Of a stretch of 64,000 nt of DNA, positions 17,278 through 27,229 are shown piece by piece. The first letter of the stretch is position 1; every line of letters begins with the position of its first letter. Origin of the DNA: an uncultured bacterium (GTDB taxonomy: Bacteria; Patescibacteriota; Minisyncoccia; UBA6257; 2-01-FULL-56-20); contig CAWJQC010000004.1 of the NCBI GenBank assembly GCA_963844965.1, positions 41,609 to 105,608 on the forward strand, given 5' to 3'. The position numbers and the translations under genes were made by a program. The notes under the pieces are model-generated. The model saw nothing but the letters and a program-made list of their open reading frames with translations, was not told where the DNA came from and did not search any database.

Positions 17278-18141
17278 TTATAATTTGTCAATTTTAAATT
17301 TTTCATTGTTATTTTGAACTTTGATTTTTACATTTTCAACTTGATACTTGCCGGTCCACAGCCACCAACGAATTTTACACGTTTCCCATAAAGTTTTCAA
17401 GTAGGCGGAAGCCGGAAGCCTTGAGCGGGCATCGTTCACCCAATGAACCGGAATTTCCTTAATTTTGTAGCCGAATTTCTTGGCCAATGCCAGGATCTCC
17501 ACGTCAAATCCCCAACCGCTGATTTTTGATAAATTGAAAATTTTTTCCGCTGCCTCATCCGTAAACGCCTTGAAGCCACACTGCGTGTCCCAAATCTTCG
17601 GCAACAGCAGTGCTTGAATGATCAAATTCCCGACCTTTCCCGGGATCTGGCGGTAGAAGGGCTGCGGCGGGTCAAGTTTGCTTCCTTTGAGCACGCGGTC
17701 ACAGATCACGACATCATATCTCTCGCGCGCCGCCACGGTCGGCGCAGAAAGCGTTCCCAGTTTCATATCATCCGAATCCGACTCAACTGGTACGCCTCCC
17801 GGAGCAAAATACGGCATCATGGCATTGAAGTGATCTATGGACGTAGAATTGTCGGCATCGGTGAAGAGCCGAATCTTCCCCCTTGCGAGAAGCATTCCCT
17901 GCCGGACAACTCCGCCCTTGCCCTTGTTCTCGGAATTATCTATCAGCTTGAGGTTTTTGATAAGCTTCGCCATATTGCTGACGATTTGGGCGGTGTTGTC
18001 CTTTGAGCCGTCGTTCACGACCAAAATTTCGTAGGAATATTCCGCGTCTGCCAGGCGCTTGTCAATATCAACGAGCGTCAAGGGCAGCCGCTCGGCCTCG
18101 TTGTAGGCGGGAATGATGATAGAAAGATAGGGCTGGGCCAT
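17278..18141 (-). CDS. family 2 glycosyltransferase (dolichyl/polyprenyl-phosphate glycosyltransferase-like)
   Basis: LSIIIPAYNEAERLPLTL...VVNDGSKDNT...DADNS are GT2 (GT-A) motifs. Confidence 0.8.
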   Translation of the reverse strand: MAQPYLSIIIPAYNEAERLPLTLVDIDKRLADAEYSYEILVVNDGSKDNTAQIVSNMAKLIKNLKLIDNSENKGKGGVVRQGMLLARGKIRLFTDADNSTSIDHFNAMMPYFAPGGVPVESDSDDMKLGTLSAPTVAARERYDVVICDRVLKGSKLDPPQPFYRQIPGKVGNLIIQALLLPKIWDTQCGFKAFTDEAAEKIFNLSKISGWGFDVEILALAKKFGYKIKEIPVHWVNDARSRLPASAYLKTLWETCKIRWWLWTGKYQVENVKIKVQNNNEKFKIDKL

Positions 18142-18144
18142 TGA

Positions 18145-18232
18145 AATAGAAAATAGAATTTAGAAAGTAGAAAGTAGTAGGTAGTAGGAAGAAAAAACTG
18201 AAAATTTCTAAATTCTAATTTCTGATTTCTAA
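18145..18232. repeat. AT-rich low-complexity inverted repeat (TAGAAA/GTAGTAG words)
   Basis: AGAAAATAGAATTTAGAAAGTAGAAAGTAGTAGGTAGTAGG ... TTTCTAAATTCTAATTTCTGATTTCTA lies between the GT2 gene and map. Confidence 0.5.
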
Positions 18233-18276
18233 ACAATTAAAATTATAACACAAAAGAAACAGCTGAAATTCCACGC

Positions 18277-19038
18277 TCAAATCTTGGTTAGTATTCTTGT
18301 TCCCTGTTCTGTTATAGCAACCGTATGTTCCCAATGAGCGGATGGTGAGCCGTCGGCGGTGATAAAACTATCGTCGGCGAGCTGCTTTGTCGCCCCGGAG
18401 CCCATCGCTACCATCGGCTCAATCGCGAGCACCATTCCTGGCACAAGTTCTTCGCCTTCGCCTTTGCGGCCAAAATTCAGAACTTGCGGCTCTTCGTGAA
18501 GGTCGCGGCCGATACCGTGACCCGTGAGCGAACGAACGACCGAGAAACCATTTTTTGTCACGAACTTTTCAATAGCACAACCGATGTCCCCCACCATTTT
18601 TCCAGGCCTCGCTTCCGCAATACCAATATTAAGTGCTTCTCTCGTGACGTGAATTAATTTCTGTGCTTCACGGCCGATAGCGCCAACGGGAACGGTAATC
18701 GCCGAATCGGAATAAAATCCCTTGTATTTTAGTCCCAAATCCAATTTAAGAAGATCGCCGCTCTTCAGCGCGTAATCCGACGGCAACCCGTGCACGACAA
18801 CGTCGTTCAGGGATGCGCAAATCGTAAATGGATATGGCTTTTCGGAGCCCGCTGGTCGGTAACCCAAAAACGCCGGCTCGGCTCCAGATTCTTTTATCAG
18901 CTTCTTCGCCAATTTGTCCAAAAAAATTGTGGTGACGCCCGCGCGGACCTCTTTCCTAAGCGCCTCAACAACCGAAGCGAGCCGCTGCCCAGCCTCGGCC
19001 ATGATTTCAACCTCAGCGGGAGTTTTTATGGTGGTCAT
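18277..19038 (-). CDS. map: type I methionine aminopeptidase
   Basis: 253 aa. Metal ligands sit in the conserved context (VVHGLP, DLGLKYKGFYSDSA, LTGHGIGRDLHE, LAIEPM, HWEHTV). Confidence 0.95.
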   Translation of the reverse strand: MTTIKTPAEVEIMAEAGQRLASVVEALRKEVRAGVTTIFLDKLAKKLIKESGAEPAFLGYRPAGSEKPYPFTICASLNDVVVHGLPSDYALKSGDLLKLDLGLKYKGFYSDSAITVPVGAIGREAQKLIHVTREALNIGIAEARPGKMVGDIGCAIEKFVTKNGFSVVRSLTGHGIGRDLHEEPQVLNFGRKGEGEELVPGMVLAIEPMVAMGSGATKQLADDSFITADGSPSAHWEHTVAITEQGTRILTKI

Positions 19039-19793
19039 TACGAAAACAAAACCCGATAAAAGTCCACTGAGCCGGCGGAGGCCTTCCTCACGGTGGTTTT
19101 TCTGCCGATGCCGCGCGTTCGCAGCATAATCGTACCAATTATCTTGTTGAGCACTTTATATGGCGCGGCTCTGGCGTTAATAACTTCCAGGTTGTAACCC
19201 AATTTATCCAAAATATTGAAAACCGGCTCGGTGCGATTCTTATACTCCTTAAGACGTACCTTGATCACCTCCGGTTTATCCAATGAACGTCTGTAAAAAT
19301 TTCCGCCGCACACGGGGCAATACCTCGGCTTAACCTTGGGGTAATATTTCGCAAGCAGCGTGTAGCCGCAGGATTTACACACCATGCGGGCGCCGTTTCT
19401 CTTGATTGAATATTCTGCCGGCAGCCGCAACTCAAAAATAAATATATTCTCCCGGCCATAAAGCCGATCCAAAATCGGCATAAGCCGCTCGCCTTCGTAA
19501 ACGGTGCGCGGCGAGCCGCTGAAAGCGACGCCGAATCCCGCCTGCGCGATCTTCGTGACCGCGTTCGCCACCTCGCGCGAAACAAAGCTCGGTGTCATCA
19601 AAATCCCGCCATCAAAAAGTTTCCGCTCGCGCTTTACAATTTTTTCTTTCTGCCGCGCCTGGTCGTGCACAACCGATTCCAAAAATTTTCCCGTGTCAAA
19701 ATGAATCAGGTTCAGTTTTTGCGCCAATAAATTCGCCTGTGTTCCCTTACCCGAACCCGGCGGCCCGTAAATTATAATGGCGATTTTTTTCAT
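19038..19793 (-). CDS. adk: adenylate kinase (zinc-lid type) with a basic C-terminal tail
   Basis: P-loop IYGPPGSGKGTQA and lid CKSCGYTL...YCPVCGG. The last ~30 residues are atypical and may be read-through. Confidence 0.9.
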   Translation of the reverse strand: MKKIAIIIYGPPGSGKGTQANLLAQKLNLIHFDTGKFLESVVHDQARQKEKIVKRERKLFDGGILMTPSFVSREVANAVTKIAQAGFGVAFSGSPRTVYEGERLMPILDRLYGRENIFIFELRLPAEYSIKRNGARMVCKSCGYTLLAKYYPKVKPRYCPVCGGNFYRRSLDKPEVIKVRLKEYKNRTEPVFNILDKLGYNLEVINARAAPYKVLNKIIGTIMLRTRGIGRKTTVRKASAGSVDFYRVLFS

Positions 19794-19917
19794 CCCGTTA
19801 GAGACAGGGAACGCTTCGCCAGTTAGACGAACCGCTATCTGTCATTATTATTTTTGATAAATGAAGTTGGTTTGTGTAAATTAAGCGTCCCCGTAGCGAA
19901 GCGGTCTCTAACGGGAT
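19792..19917. repeat. long imperfect inverted repeat abutting the adk start codon
   Basis: ATCCCGTTAGAGAC(agggaa)CGCTTCGC ... GCGAAGCGGTCTCTAACGGGAT: arms of 14+8 bp around a ~75 nt AT-rich loop. One arm ends at the adk ATG. Confidence 0.5.
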
Positions 19918-20040
19918 TCATGCACTTGAAACAATTCTAACACAAGATGCCCCTGCAATTTAAGGGGGATTTATGCACAGCAAATCGGCACACGCCATGT
20001 CGCGACAAACAAAAACCCCGATTCTCATCGGGGATGCAAA

Positions 20041-20706
20041 CTATTCCGGCTCAATACCAAGAACATCGCAAACGGCGCAGAAAAGGCGCTCTTTCTTCTT
20101 TTTGAAACCTGTAGAATTATCAATTACCGTCAAATTTCTGTGTGGTCGCCAACCGGCGAGAATGCGCCGATCCAAAGCGCGGGCTTTTTTAGGGGTCTCG
20201 TATCTCACTTCGTTGCTTTTATTCCCATAATGCTTCTCTGCGCCCAACGCGGCCGTCACAAGGTGTATCACGGCGTCGTATCTCGTATAGATGTCGTGAA
20301 GCAACATTTCCTTGTCTTTCAAAATCTTTTCCAATGAAACTAGACCGTCGTATCCAACCCGATCGACGATTCCACGATCGCACAAGATTACTATATTTTC
20401 ACGGGGCAAGGTTTTTGCCAAAACCTCAGTCCCGTCTTCAAGGGCTAGTTGCAAATCAACAATATATCTCCCCATAAGGAAAGAGGTGTGTGAATCTTCC
20501 GCAACAATTCTCTTTATGTCGTATGCGCCCGTGCCTATACCGAAAAGGATGGTTGCAGCTTCCGGAACGAGCAATGGTTGCCAACCAGCCGCCTTCAACT
20601 TTCTAACGACGTACTTTATTCCCAGCGTTTTTCCCGAACAAGGCCCACCGGTAATGGCAATCTTTATAATCCTTCCCATTTGCGACCTCCCGGAAGATAA
20701 TTTCAA
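20041..20706 (-). CDS. AAA_28-type P-loop ATPase / predicted nucleotide kinase
   Basis: Walker A ITGGPCSGKT and Walker B-like ILCDRG, with an overall NadR-C/AAA_28-like layout. The start is probably the internal MGRIIKIA. Confidence 0.55.
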   Translation of the reverse strand: MKLSSGRSQMGRIIKIAITGGPCSGKTLGIKYVVRKLKAAGWQPLLVPEAATILFGIGTGAYDIKRIVAEDSHTSFLMGRYIVDLQLALEDGTEVLAKTLPRENIVILCDRGIVDRVGYDGLVSLEKILKDKEMLLHDIYTRYDAVIHLVTAALGAEKHYGNKSNEVRYETPKKARALDRRILAGWRPHRNLTVIDNSTGFKKKKERLFCAVCDVLGIEPE

Positions 20707-20836
20707 TTTCGCTGCCTAAAATATATCAGAACCTTAAAATTTGTGCAACAAAAAGTTTTGTATGGTAGCGGTCAATGGACAACAACGTAGGAATGATTTA
20801 GAATTTAGTCAGCATCACAAAATACGGGAGGTGGCA

Positions 20837-21193
20837 ATGGCTACTAAGAAAAAATTCAGATTGACGAAGAAAGAGCGCACAAAACGGAATCCGAAAGGAA
20901 AAATTTCCCGCCGAATTGCCGAATTGCGCCGGAAATTTAAAAAATTTTCAAAGACGCCTACAGACAACGTGTCTATTCGTTCCTTGGTTCGCTCTAATAT
21001 TAAGCGCAAGATTAAGATGCTGAACGACCACCTGAAGGGCAAGATTGATATTTTTGCCGAGATTGCGAACGAAAAACCCAAGACCGAAGTTCTGCGTTCG
21101 GCAGAGCAGCAATTATCTTTAGCTCAAATCAGGGTAGACACGCTCAAGAAAGAATTGCAGAGAATTGTCTGGCTCAAAGATTTGGTCGGTTAG
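20837..21193 (+). CDS. hypothetical highly basic coiled-coil protein
   Basis: GGAGGTGGCAATG Shine-Dalgarno plus start; MATKKKFRLTKKERTKRNPKGKISRR.... This is one of the few plus-strand genes. Confidence 0.4.
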   Translation: MATKKKFRLTKKERTKRNPKGKISRRIAELRRKFKKFSKTPTDNVSIRSLVRSNIKRKIKMLNDHLKGKIDIFAEIANEKPKTEVLRSAEQQLSLAQIRVDTLKKELQRIVWLKDLVG

Positions 21194-21379
21194 ATGTGGA
21201 ATTTACCAGACAAAATAACGGCGCCCCCTCGGCGCCGGATTTTTTTCGGCAGTTGCACATGCTTAGTTATCTAAATTTTCCCAATGCGGAGGCCATTGCC
21301 TCTCAAAAAAGAAAGGGCCGGATTATCCATCCGGACCCTGCGGCCTGCCGTGGCCGCTTCAAACCGGTCTCGCCCCGCC

Positions 21380-21814
21380 TCATTTGCCAACTTTCGGAGT
21401 GACGTCAGCCGCCGGAACGGCAAACTTGATCTCTTCTATGTCGCTGCCAAAGTCAGTACCAAGGTTATAGACAAACCTACCAACACATACCTGCTCTCCG
21501 ACTACCATCTTCAACCCTGGTTTAACAGGAACAGAACGGATCCTGTCACGCTGACTCTTGATTGCGACCCTGTCGAGGCCGAGGACCCCATCAGGTATCA
21601 CCTTCACGACGGTATAACGATAATCGTCAATGCCCTTGACATAGATGCGCAGGGACTCCCGACTGACGAGATCAATGTCTTTTTGTTCGCGCAACGCTTC
21701 TTGCTTGACGACATCGCGGGCGTGATCGTAGGCGGGTTGAGTTGCCCTCCAAACGATTCCCGCCAGAAGCAATACCGCAGAAATTAATAAAGCGACCGTA
21801 AAGTTCTTCCCCAT
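21380..21814 (-). CDS. hypothetical N-terminally anchored protein
   Basis: 144 aa with a single N-terminal TM helix (FTVALLISAVLLLAGIVW). No family recognised. Confidence 0.4.
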   Translation of the reverse strand: MGKNFTVALLISAVLLLAGIVWRATQPAYDHARDVVKQEALREQKDIDLVSRESLRIYVKGIDDYRYTVVKVIPDGVLGLDRVAIKSQRDRIRSVPVKPGLKMVVGEQVCVGRFVYNLGTDFGSDIEEIKFAVPAADVTPKVGK

Positions 21815-22291
21815 GTTTCTTCCCTCCGATTTGAGATACCCAACCAGAAAAAGCTGGGCTATAAGACCGAAAACTAGATTGTGCAGAACTACTTATATGT
21901 TAGCATATAGTCAATAATAAGTCAAGTGCTTAAAAACGCTTGATTTTGTTGGCTAAAACGTACTTCGCCCTGCTATCAAGAAAGCGCACGGAGATTCTTC
22001 GCATGGCTCAGAATGACACCGGCTCTTTATAAAAAATCCGTTTTGCGCCAGCAAAACTCCTTATTTCCTACAGCATTGAGGGATGTTTCTTTGGAACCAG
22101 AAGCGGAGGCCGCGCAAAAATGAATGAGTGCGGCGAAGATTTTTAAAAGCCGATTTTGCCGTGAGGCAAAATCACCTTAAGCACTCGCAGAAGTTTTTGT
22201 TTCGCGAGGGTGTATCGCAGGAGCGAAGGCGACGAGATGCAGCGCGTTTTCAGCAGAAAACGACGCGACCATCGCGAAATAAAAACTGGAG

Positions 22292-23564
22292 CTACTCGAT
22301 GCCCTCGTATTCGCGAACCGTCAGCTGCGAATCCACCTGCCTCATTGTCTCCAAGCGCTACCGCGACAACGATCAGAAGCGCCGTGCCCGAAATATTCAG
22401 GACCTGGACGCCGGTAAAGCGCTGGATGACGAGCGGCAAAACCGCGATCAAACCCAGAAACGCTGCGCCGAAAAACGTGATGCGGTTAACGATACCGGAA
22501 AAGAATTGGGTGGTCGCCTCGCCGGGCCGGATACCCGGAACGAATCCGCCACCCTTCTGGAGATTTTTGGCGACCTCTTCCGGATTGAACGTAATGGCGG
22601 TGTAGAAATATGTGAAAATGAAAACCAGGGCGAAGTAGAAAATTCCGTAAAAAATCTGATTGTTCAAAAACGCCGTCACGAAGCCGTTTATTTTAAGCGC
22701 GAGACTCGGAGAAAAAATGGTCGCGGCCTGAGCGATGAACTGCGGGAACAGAAGGACCGAGATCGCGAATATCAAGGGAATCATTCCGGCCTGGTTCACC
22801 TTGAGCGGTAGATAGCTTTGCGCGCCGCCATACATTTTCATGCCGCGAACCCGCCGCGCGTAGGCGACGGGAATTTTCCGTTCTCCCTCGTTCAGATAAA
22901 CCACGCCGGCGATAAGCAAGACGGCCACTACAACGAAACCGATATACGTCGGCAAAAGCGCCGGCTGATACGAAAGAAGCGCGAGTCCGAAAGACGAAGG
23001 CAGACGGCTCACGATACCCGCTAAAATTATGAGCGATATGCCGTTCCCCACCTTCTCTTCGCTTATAAGTTCTCCGAGCCACAAGGCGAGCATGGAACCC
23101 GTAACGATTACCACGACGTTCCTTATCATACTGAAAGGATCCGGCCTGTCTATGACGTTCTGGGATATGAGGAGCGTCAAAAATCCGTAAGCCGAAACGA
23201 CGGCCAGCGGCACGGTTATGAAACGCGAGTAGCGGTTGAACTTCGCCTGGCCGCGGGCTCCTTCCTCGTAATACATCTGCTTAAACTTCGGGAAAATAAT
23301 CGTGAGAAGCTGCATGATGATCGTAGCCGTGATATATGGTCCAACGCCAAGCATGACAACGGACATGTTCACAAGTCCGCCGCCCGAGAAGAAATTCAAA
23401 AATCCTAAGAGCTGATTGGAGTTGAAATAATTCTGAAGTCTAAGCGCGTCCACCCCCGGAATAGGTATCGCGGCCAGGAGCCGGTAAGCGATCAAAAACA
23501 GTGCGACCTTCAAAATTTTGTTGCGAAGGTCCTTGATTTTAAAAATTTGGAGGAATCTGTTCAT
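22292..23564 (-). CDS. secY: preprotein translocase subunit SecY, frameshift ~20 codons before the true stop
   Basis: A typical SecY throughout (GIPIPGVD..., GGGLVNMSVVMLGVGPYITATIIMQLL). After ...LLIVVAVAL the conserved tail ETMRQVDSQLTVREYEGIE* is in another frame (stop at 22292). The ORF-track extension to 22143 is an artefact of an extra base near 22352-22358. Confidence 0.9.
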
Positions 23565-23656
23565 CTCAATAGTAAACCGCAGAATGCGACGTATTTAATG
23601 GTTGCTTGATCGCGGTTGTGTCAAATCCGATCATTTTACATGTCGCGTTGTCCATT

Positions 23657-24097
23657 CTACTTTATTGTGCCGCCGGCTTTTTCAATCTTCTCCTTGGCGC
23701 TTTTTGATACCCCGATGCCTTCCACCGCAACCGGCACGGTAATTTCCCCGTCACCTAAGATTTTAACATCTCCCGGGTAATTCGCCTTCAAAAGTCCGCT
23801 TTGCGCCAAAAAATCCTTGTCCAGCAAAATTTGCTTCCCGCCGCTTCCGGCGACCTTCAGAACAAGCGACAAATCGTCAAGATTGAATATCGTAGGCTTG
23901 GAACTCTTCGGTTTGTTCCTAAAACCCCGGCGTTTGGGAATGCGCAAAATCAAGTCGCGCTCCGCTGGGCGAATCCTGTGGCCAGCCCTGGATTTTTGAC
24001 CCTTCTGTCCGCGTCCGGAAGTCGTGCCGCGCTTGCCGCCGCGGCCAATGCGCTGCGCCTTCTTGTGGCTTTTAACTTGTAGTTGATGCAGTTGCAT
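23657..24097 (-). CDS. rplO: 50S ribosomal protein L15
   Basis: RIGRGGKRGTTSGRGQKGQKSRAG; the position after S5 matches the expected order. Confidence 0.93.
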   Translation of the reverse strand: MQLHQLQVKSHKKAQRIGRGGKRGTTSGRGQKGQKSRAGHRIRPAERDLILRIPKRRGFRNKPKSSKPTIFNLDDLSLVLKVAGSGGKQILLDKDFLAQSGLLKANYPGDVKILGDGEITVPVAVEGIGVSKSAKEKIEKAGGTIK

Positions 24098-24562
24098 TTA
24101 GGCTTTAAGTTTCTTCAACGCTTCTATGGTCGCCAGGGCATTAGTCAGTTTATTTGGCGTTCTGCCGAGACATTTTGCCGTCGCGTCCTTTACGCCGGCC
24201 AAAGACAGCACAAATCTTACCGCCCCGCCCGCCCTAAGACCGTGCCCGGCCACGGCCGGTTTGAGCAATACCTCAGCCGCGCTGAACTTCGCCGTTACTT
24301 CGTGGGCTATCGTGCGGCCGTCCTTCAGATTCACTTTCAAAATATTTTTCTTCGCCGCCGACTTTGATTTGGCGATTGCCTGCTGGACATCCGCGCCCTT
24401 GGCAACCCCTATCCCGACTCTGCCCTTCTCGTCACCAATGACCAAAGTCGCCCGGAAACGGAATCTTTTGCCTCCGGCGACAACGCGCGTCACGCGGCGA
24501 AGGTCCAGAACCTTCTCCTTGAATTCCTCCCTTTTTGCGATTGTTTCTCTACGCTTGAACAT
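24098..24562 (-). CDS. rpsE: 30S ribosomal protein S5
   Basis: RRVTRVVAGGKRFRFRATLVIGDEKGRVGIGVAKG. Its stop directly abuts the rplO start, so no L30 gene lies between them. Confidence 0.93.
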   Translation of the reverse strand: MFKRRETIAKREEFKEKVLDLRRVTRVVAGGKRFRFRATLVIGDEKGRVGIGVAKGADVQQAIAKSKSAAKKNILKVNLKDGRTIAHEVTAKFSAAEVLLKPAVAGHGLRAGGAVRFVLSLAGVKDATAKCLGRTPNKLTNALATIEALKKLKA

Positions 24563-24574
24563 GTTGGCGTTAAA

Positions 24575-24700
24575 TTTCTAATATCTAATTTCTAATTTCT
24601 AAACAATATTTGAAATTCCAATGACAAAAACTTAAAATGGTCTGTTTTCAATTTGGGACTTAGAAATTGGGGTTTGTTTAGGATTTAGAAATTAGGAATT
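24575..24700. repeat. AT-rich low-complexity inverted repeat (TTTCTAA words)
   Basis: AAATTTCTAATATCTAATTTCTAATTTCTAAAC ... TTAGAAATTGG..TTTAGAAATTAGGAATTAGG lies between rpsE and rplR. Confidence 0.5.
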
Positions 24701-24707
24701 AGGGCTT

Positions 24708-25070
24708 TTATATCCTAAGTCCGCCCTTTCTGGCTCCTTCGGCCAGCGCTTTGACGCGACCATGGTACTTATACGCGCGGCGGTCCAACACCGCCTCCTT
24801 GACGCCCAACTCCACCGCTCTTTTCGCGATGAGTTCGCCGACCATCAGAGCTTCTTCGCTTTTGGATTTCTTCGCAGCCTTAATTTCGCGCGACGACGCC
24901 TGGGCAAGAGTGTGCGATTTGCCATCATCGATCAGCTGAGCGTAAATGGAACGACTGCTCCGCGAAACCGCAAGACGCGGCTTCGTGGCCGTGCCAAAAA
25001 TCCTGGCTCTGTTACGCGCCGTCCGCCGCACCCTTTTTTCGTTTAACAGTTTTTTCGGATTCATATCCAA
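24708..25070 (-). CDS. rplR: 50S ribosomal protein L18
   Basis: [35 protein letters not shown]...[15 protein letters not shown]. Confidence 0.93.
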   Translation of the reverse strand: MDMNPKKLLNEKRVRRTARNRARIFGTATKPRLAVSRSSRSIYAQLIDDGKSHTLAQASSREIKAAKKSKSEEALMVGELIAKRAVELGVKEAVLDRRAYKYHGRVKALAEGARKGGLRI

Positions 25071-25074
25071 AGCA

Positions 25075-25629
25075 TTATGCCGGGGCCGTTGTCGCCGCTC
25101 CGGCTTTTTTGCCGACTTTTCGCTTTATTACCTCGCCGCGATAGTGTATCCCCTTTCCCTTATATGGTTCGGGCTTCTTCAGCGCCCTGATATTCGCGGC
25201 CACCTTGCCGACCAGATCTTTATCAATGCCGGAAATCTTTATCGCGTTCTTCTCTACCACTACGGCAATGCCTTCCGGAATTTTCAGGCGAACCGGTTGC
25301 GCGTACCCCAAGAAAAGAACAAGCTCGTTCTTTTCGGTTTGAGCGCGATAGCCAACGCCCTCAATTTCCAGATTCTTCTCAAAGCCATTTGTGACTCCCT
25401 CAACGGAATTTTTAACCAGAGACCAAGCCGTGCCAGCAAGCGCCCGAGCGCGTCCCTCGTTGTCAGTTCCTTCGATCCGGATATCCTCACCCTCTACCTT
25501 AACACGAATTCCCGGATTGACGGCAATCTTTATTTCCCCGCGAGGTCCCTTAAAGATCAAAAAGGAACCCTCGTTTTTCACGGTAACGCCCGGCGGTAAT
25601 TTGACTGGTTTTTTGATTAAACGGCTCAT
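25075..25629 (-). CDS. rplF: 50S ribosomal protein L6
   Basis: [18 protein letters not shown]...GVGYRA...[11 protein letters not shown]. Confidence 0.93.
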   Translation of the reverse strand: MSRLIKKPVKLPPGVTVKNEGSFLIFKGPRGEIKIAVNPGIRVKVEGEDIRIEGTDNEGRARALAGTAWSLVKNSVEGVTNGFEKNLEIEGVGYRAQTEKNELVLFLGYAQPVRLKIPEGIAVVVEKNAIKISGIDKDLVGKVAANIRALKKPEPYKGKGIHYRGEVIKRKVGKKAGAATTAPA

Positions 25630-25736
25630 TGATAACAAATGGAAAATGTAAATATCAAAATGTAAAATGACAACCCAAAATGCAAAAATTTTTAATTCTG
25701 AATTGTAATTTTGATTTTTGCATTTTAAATTTTACG

Positions 25737-26117
25737 TTACCATATTTGAAATAAATATTCCCCGCCGACTTTGTTTTTCCTGGCGGTTTTGTTACTCATT
25801 ATGCCTTTAGGCGTGGAAATAATACCGACGCCGTAGCCGTGTTTTACCGGCTTCAGGCTTCTGTAATCCGCATAGATGCGCCGGCTCGGCTTGCTTAATA
25901 TTTTGAAATCGTTTATGGCCGGTTTTTTACCGCCACCGGCAAGTTTAATTTCTATCGCGCCGCGCACACCGGCACTTTTCTTTTCAACGGCTTTCACGTA
26001 GCCCTCTTCGGCCAAAACTTTGGCGACGGCAAAATCAAACTTTGAGAGGGGGGTGGTGATTTTTTCTTTCCCCGAACGCTCGGCGTTTTTTATTTTTACC
26101 AGCAGATCGTAGTACAT
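25737..26117 (-). CDS. rpsH: 30S ribosomal protein S8
   Basis: The internal start gives MYYDLLVKIKNAERSGKEKITTP...GIISTPKGIMSNKTARKNKVGGEYLFQIW. The ORF-track 5' extension overlaps rpsZ and is unlikely. Confidence 0.9.
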   Translation of the reverse strand: MYYDLLVKIKNAERSGKEKITTPLSKFDFAVAKVLAEEGYVKAVEKKSAGVRGAIEIKLAGGGKKPAINDFKILSKPSRRIYADYRSLKPVKHGYGVGIISTPKGIMSNKTARKNKVGGEYLFQIW

Positions 26118-26125
26118 AAATTTTA

Positions 26126-26311
26126 TTACCAAGACGCCTTTTTGACCCCGGGTATTTCCTGCTGCGTTGCCATTTCCCTGAAGCAAATCCTGCAAAGATT
26201 GAATTTCCTTATGTAGCCGCGTTTTCTGCCGCAACGAAAACACCGCCGCACAATTCGCGTGGAATATTTTGGCGTTTTTTTGCTTCTTGCGATGACAGAT
26301 TCTTTGGCCAT
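26126..26311 (-). CDS. rpsZ: 30S ribosomal protein S14, short zinc-binding (type Z)
   Basis: 61 aa with [20 protein letters not shown]. Confidence 0.93.
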   Translation of the reverse strand: MAKESVIARSKKTPKYSTRIVRRCFRCGRKRGYIRKFNLCRICFREMATQQEIPGVKKASW

Positions 26312-26392
26312 GATTATAAATAAATTTTCAATTTTTAATTTTCAATTTTAAAATGTTTGGAAATTGTAAAATTGAGAATTATAAAATTGTTT

Positions 26393-26911
26393 TCATTTCT
26401 TCTTTAGCGGCAATCCTAACTCCCTAAATTTCTCTATCGCCCATTGCCGATCTTTCTTGCGCGGAACGATGCTCACTCCCAACGAAAAAGAGAGTGGCGA
26501 TTCTTCCGGCTTCACTTCAGGAAAAACAAATTGTTCTTTAAAGCCGACGTTCAGAACGCCTCCGCGATCAACCGCGCCAAGATCTACCCCCCTGAAATCT
26601 CGGACCCTTGGCCATACTATCTTAACCAAGCGCTCAAAAAAATCAACCATTTTTCCGCGCCTTAATGTAGCTTTCAAGCCGACGATCTGGCCTTCGCGCA
26701 CCTTGAAGCCGGATATCGATTTTTTGGCGCGCCTTACCTGAGGCTTCTGGCCCGCAATGAGCGCGATGTCGCGCGATACCTGCGGCAGCCCCCTTTCCTC
26801 AAAGTTGGGGTTTTGAGCTGCGCGACCCACGCCGGCGTCAATGACGATCTTCTCTAAAAACTGTGTTACACGCCGACTGTTCTCGGATTGTTTTGGCTGT
26901 TCGTATTTCAT
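26393..26911 (-). CDS. rplE: 50S ribosomal protein L5
   Basis: KIVIDAGVGRAA...GQKPQVRRAKKSISGFKVREGQIVGLKATLRRGKMVDFFERL. The start is taken at the internal MKYEQ. Confidence 0.9.
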   Translation of the reverse strand: MKYEQPKQSENSRRVTQFLEKIVIDAGVGRAAQNPNFEERGLPQVSRDIALIAGQKPQVRRAKKSISGFKVREGQIVGLKATLRRGKMVDFFERLVKIVWPRVRDFRGVDLGAVDRGGVLNVGFKEQFVFPEVKPEESPLSFSLGVSIVPRKKDRQWAIEKFRELGLPLKKK

Positions 26912-26912
26912 T

Positions 26913-27218
26913 TTATGTTGTGGCATTACATTTCTTGCAATATCGGACTTTTCGCCCAGATTCAAAACGGTAACCAACGCGCGTCGCTTTCTTGCAACCT
27001 GAACATACCAGCATCACCTTGGATGCCGGCATCGGACGCGGAACCATGACCGTTTCGCCTTTCTGCCCCTGTCTCTTCGGACGCACGCGCTTCTTATAGA
27101 GATTTAGTCCTTCAACGGTAGCGCGTCCATCGTCTGGAAAAACATTCAAAACGGTGCCGCTTTTGCCGCGATCTTTGCCGGATAATATTTTAACTTGGTC
27201 GCCTTTCTTTATGTGCAT
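26913..27218 (-). CDS. rplX: 50S ribosomal protein L24 with a C-terminal zinc-ribbon extension
   Basis: MHIKKGDQVKILSGKDRGKSGTVL (KOW), followed by CSGCKKATRVGYRFESGRKVRYCKKC. Confidence 0.9.
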   Translation of the reverse strand: MHIKKGDQVKILSGKDRGKSGTVLNVFPDDGRATVEGLNLYKKRVRPKRQGQKGETVMVPRPMPASKVMLVCSGCKKATRVGYRFESGRKVRYCKKCNATT

Positions 27219-27229
27219 GATTGAAGTTC

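Noticed and set aside
19038-19130. The unusual basic C-terminal ~30 residues of Adk, considered as a separate small gene such as rpmJ or infA.
   Set aside because: The translation (MLRTRGIGRKTTVRKASAGSVDFYRVLFS) matches neither the L36 nor the IF-1 pattern. It is probably a lineage-specific tail or read-through.
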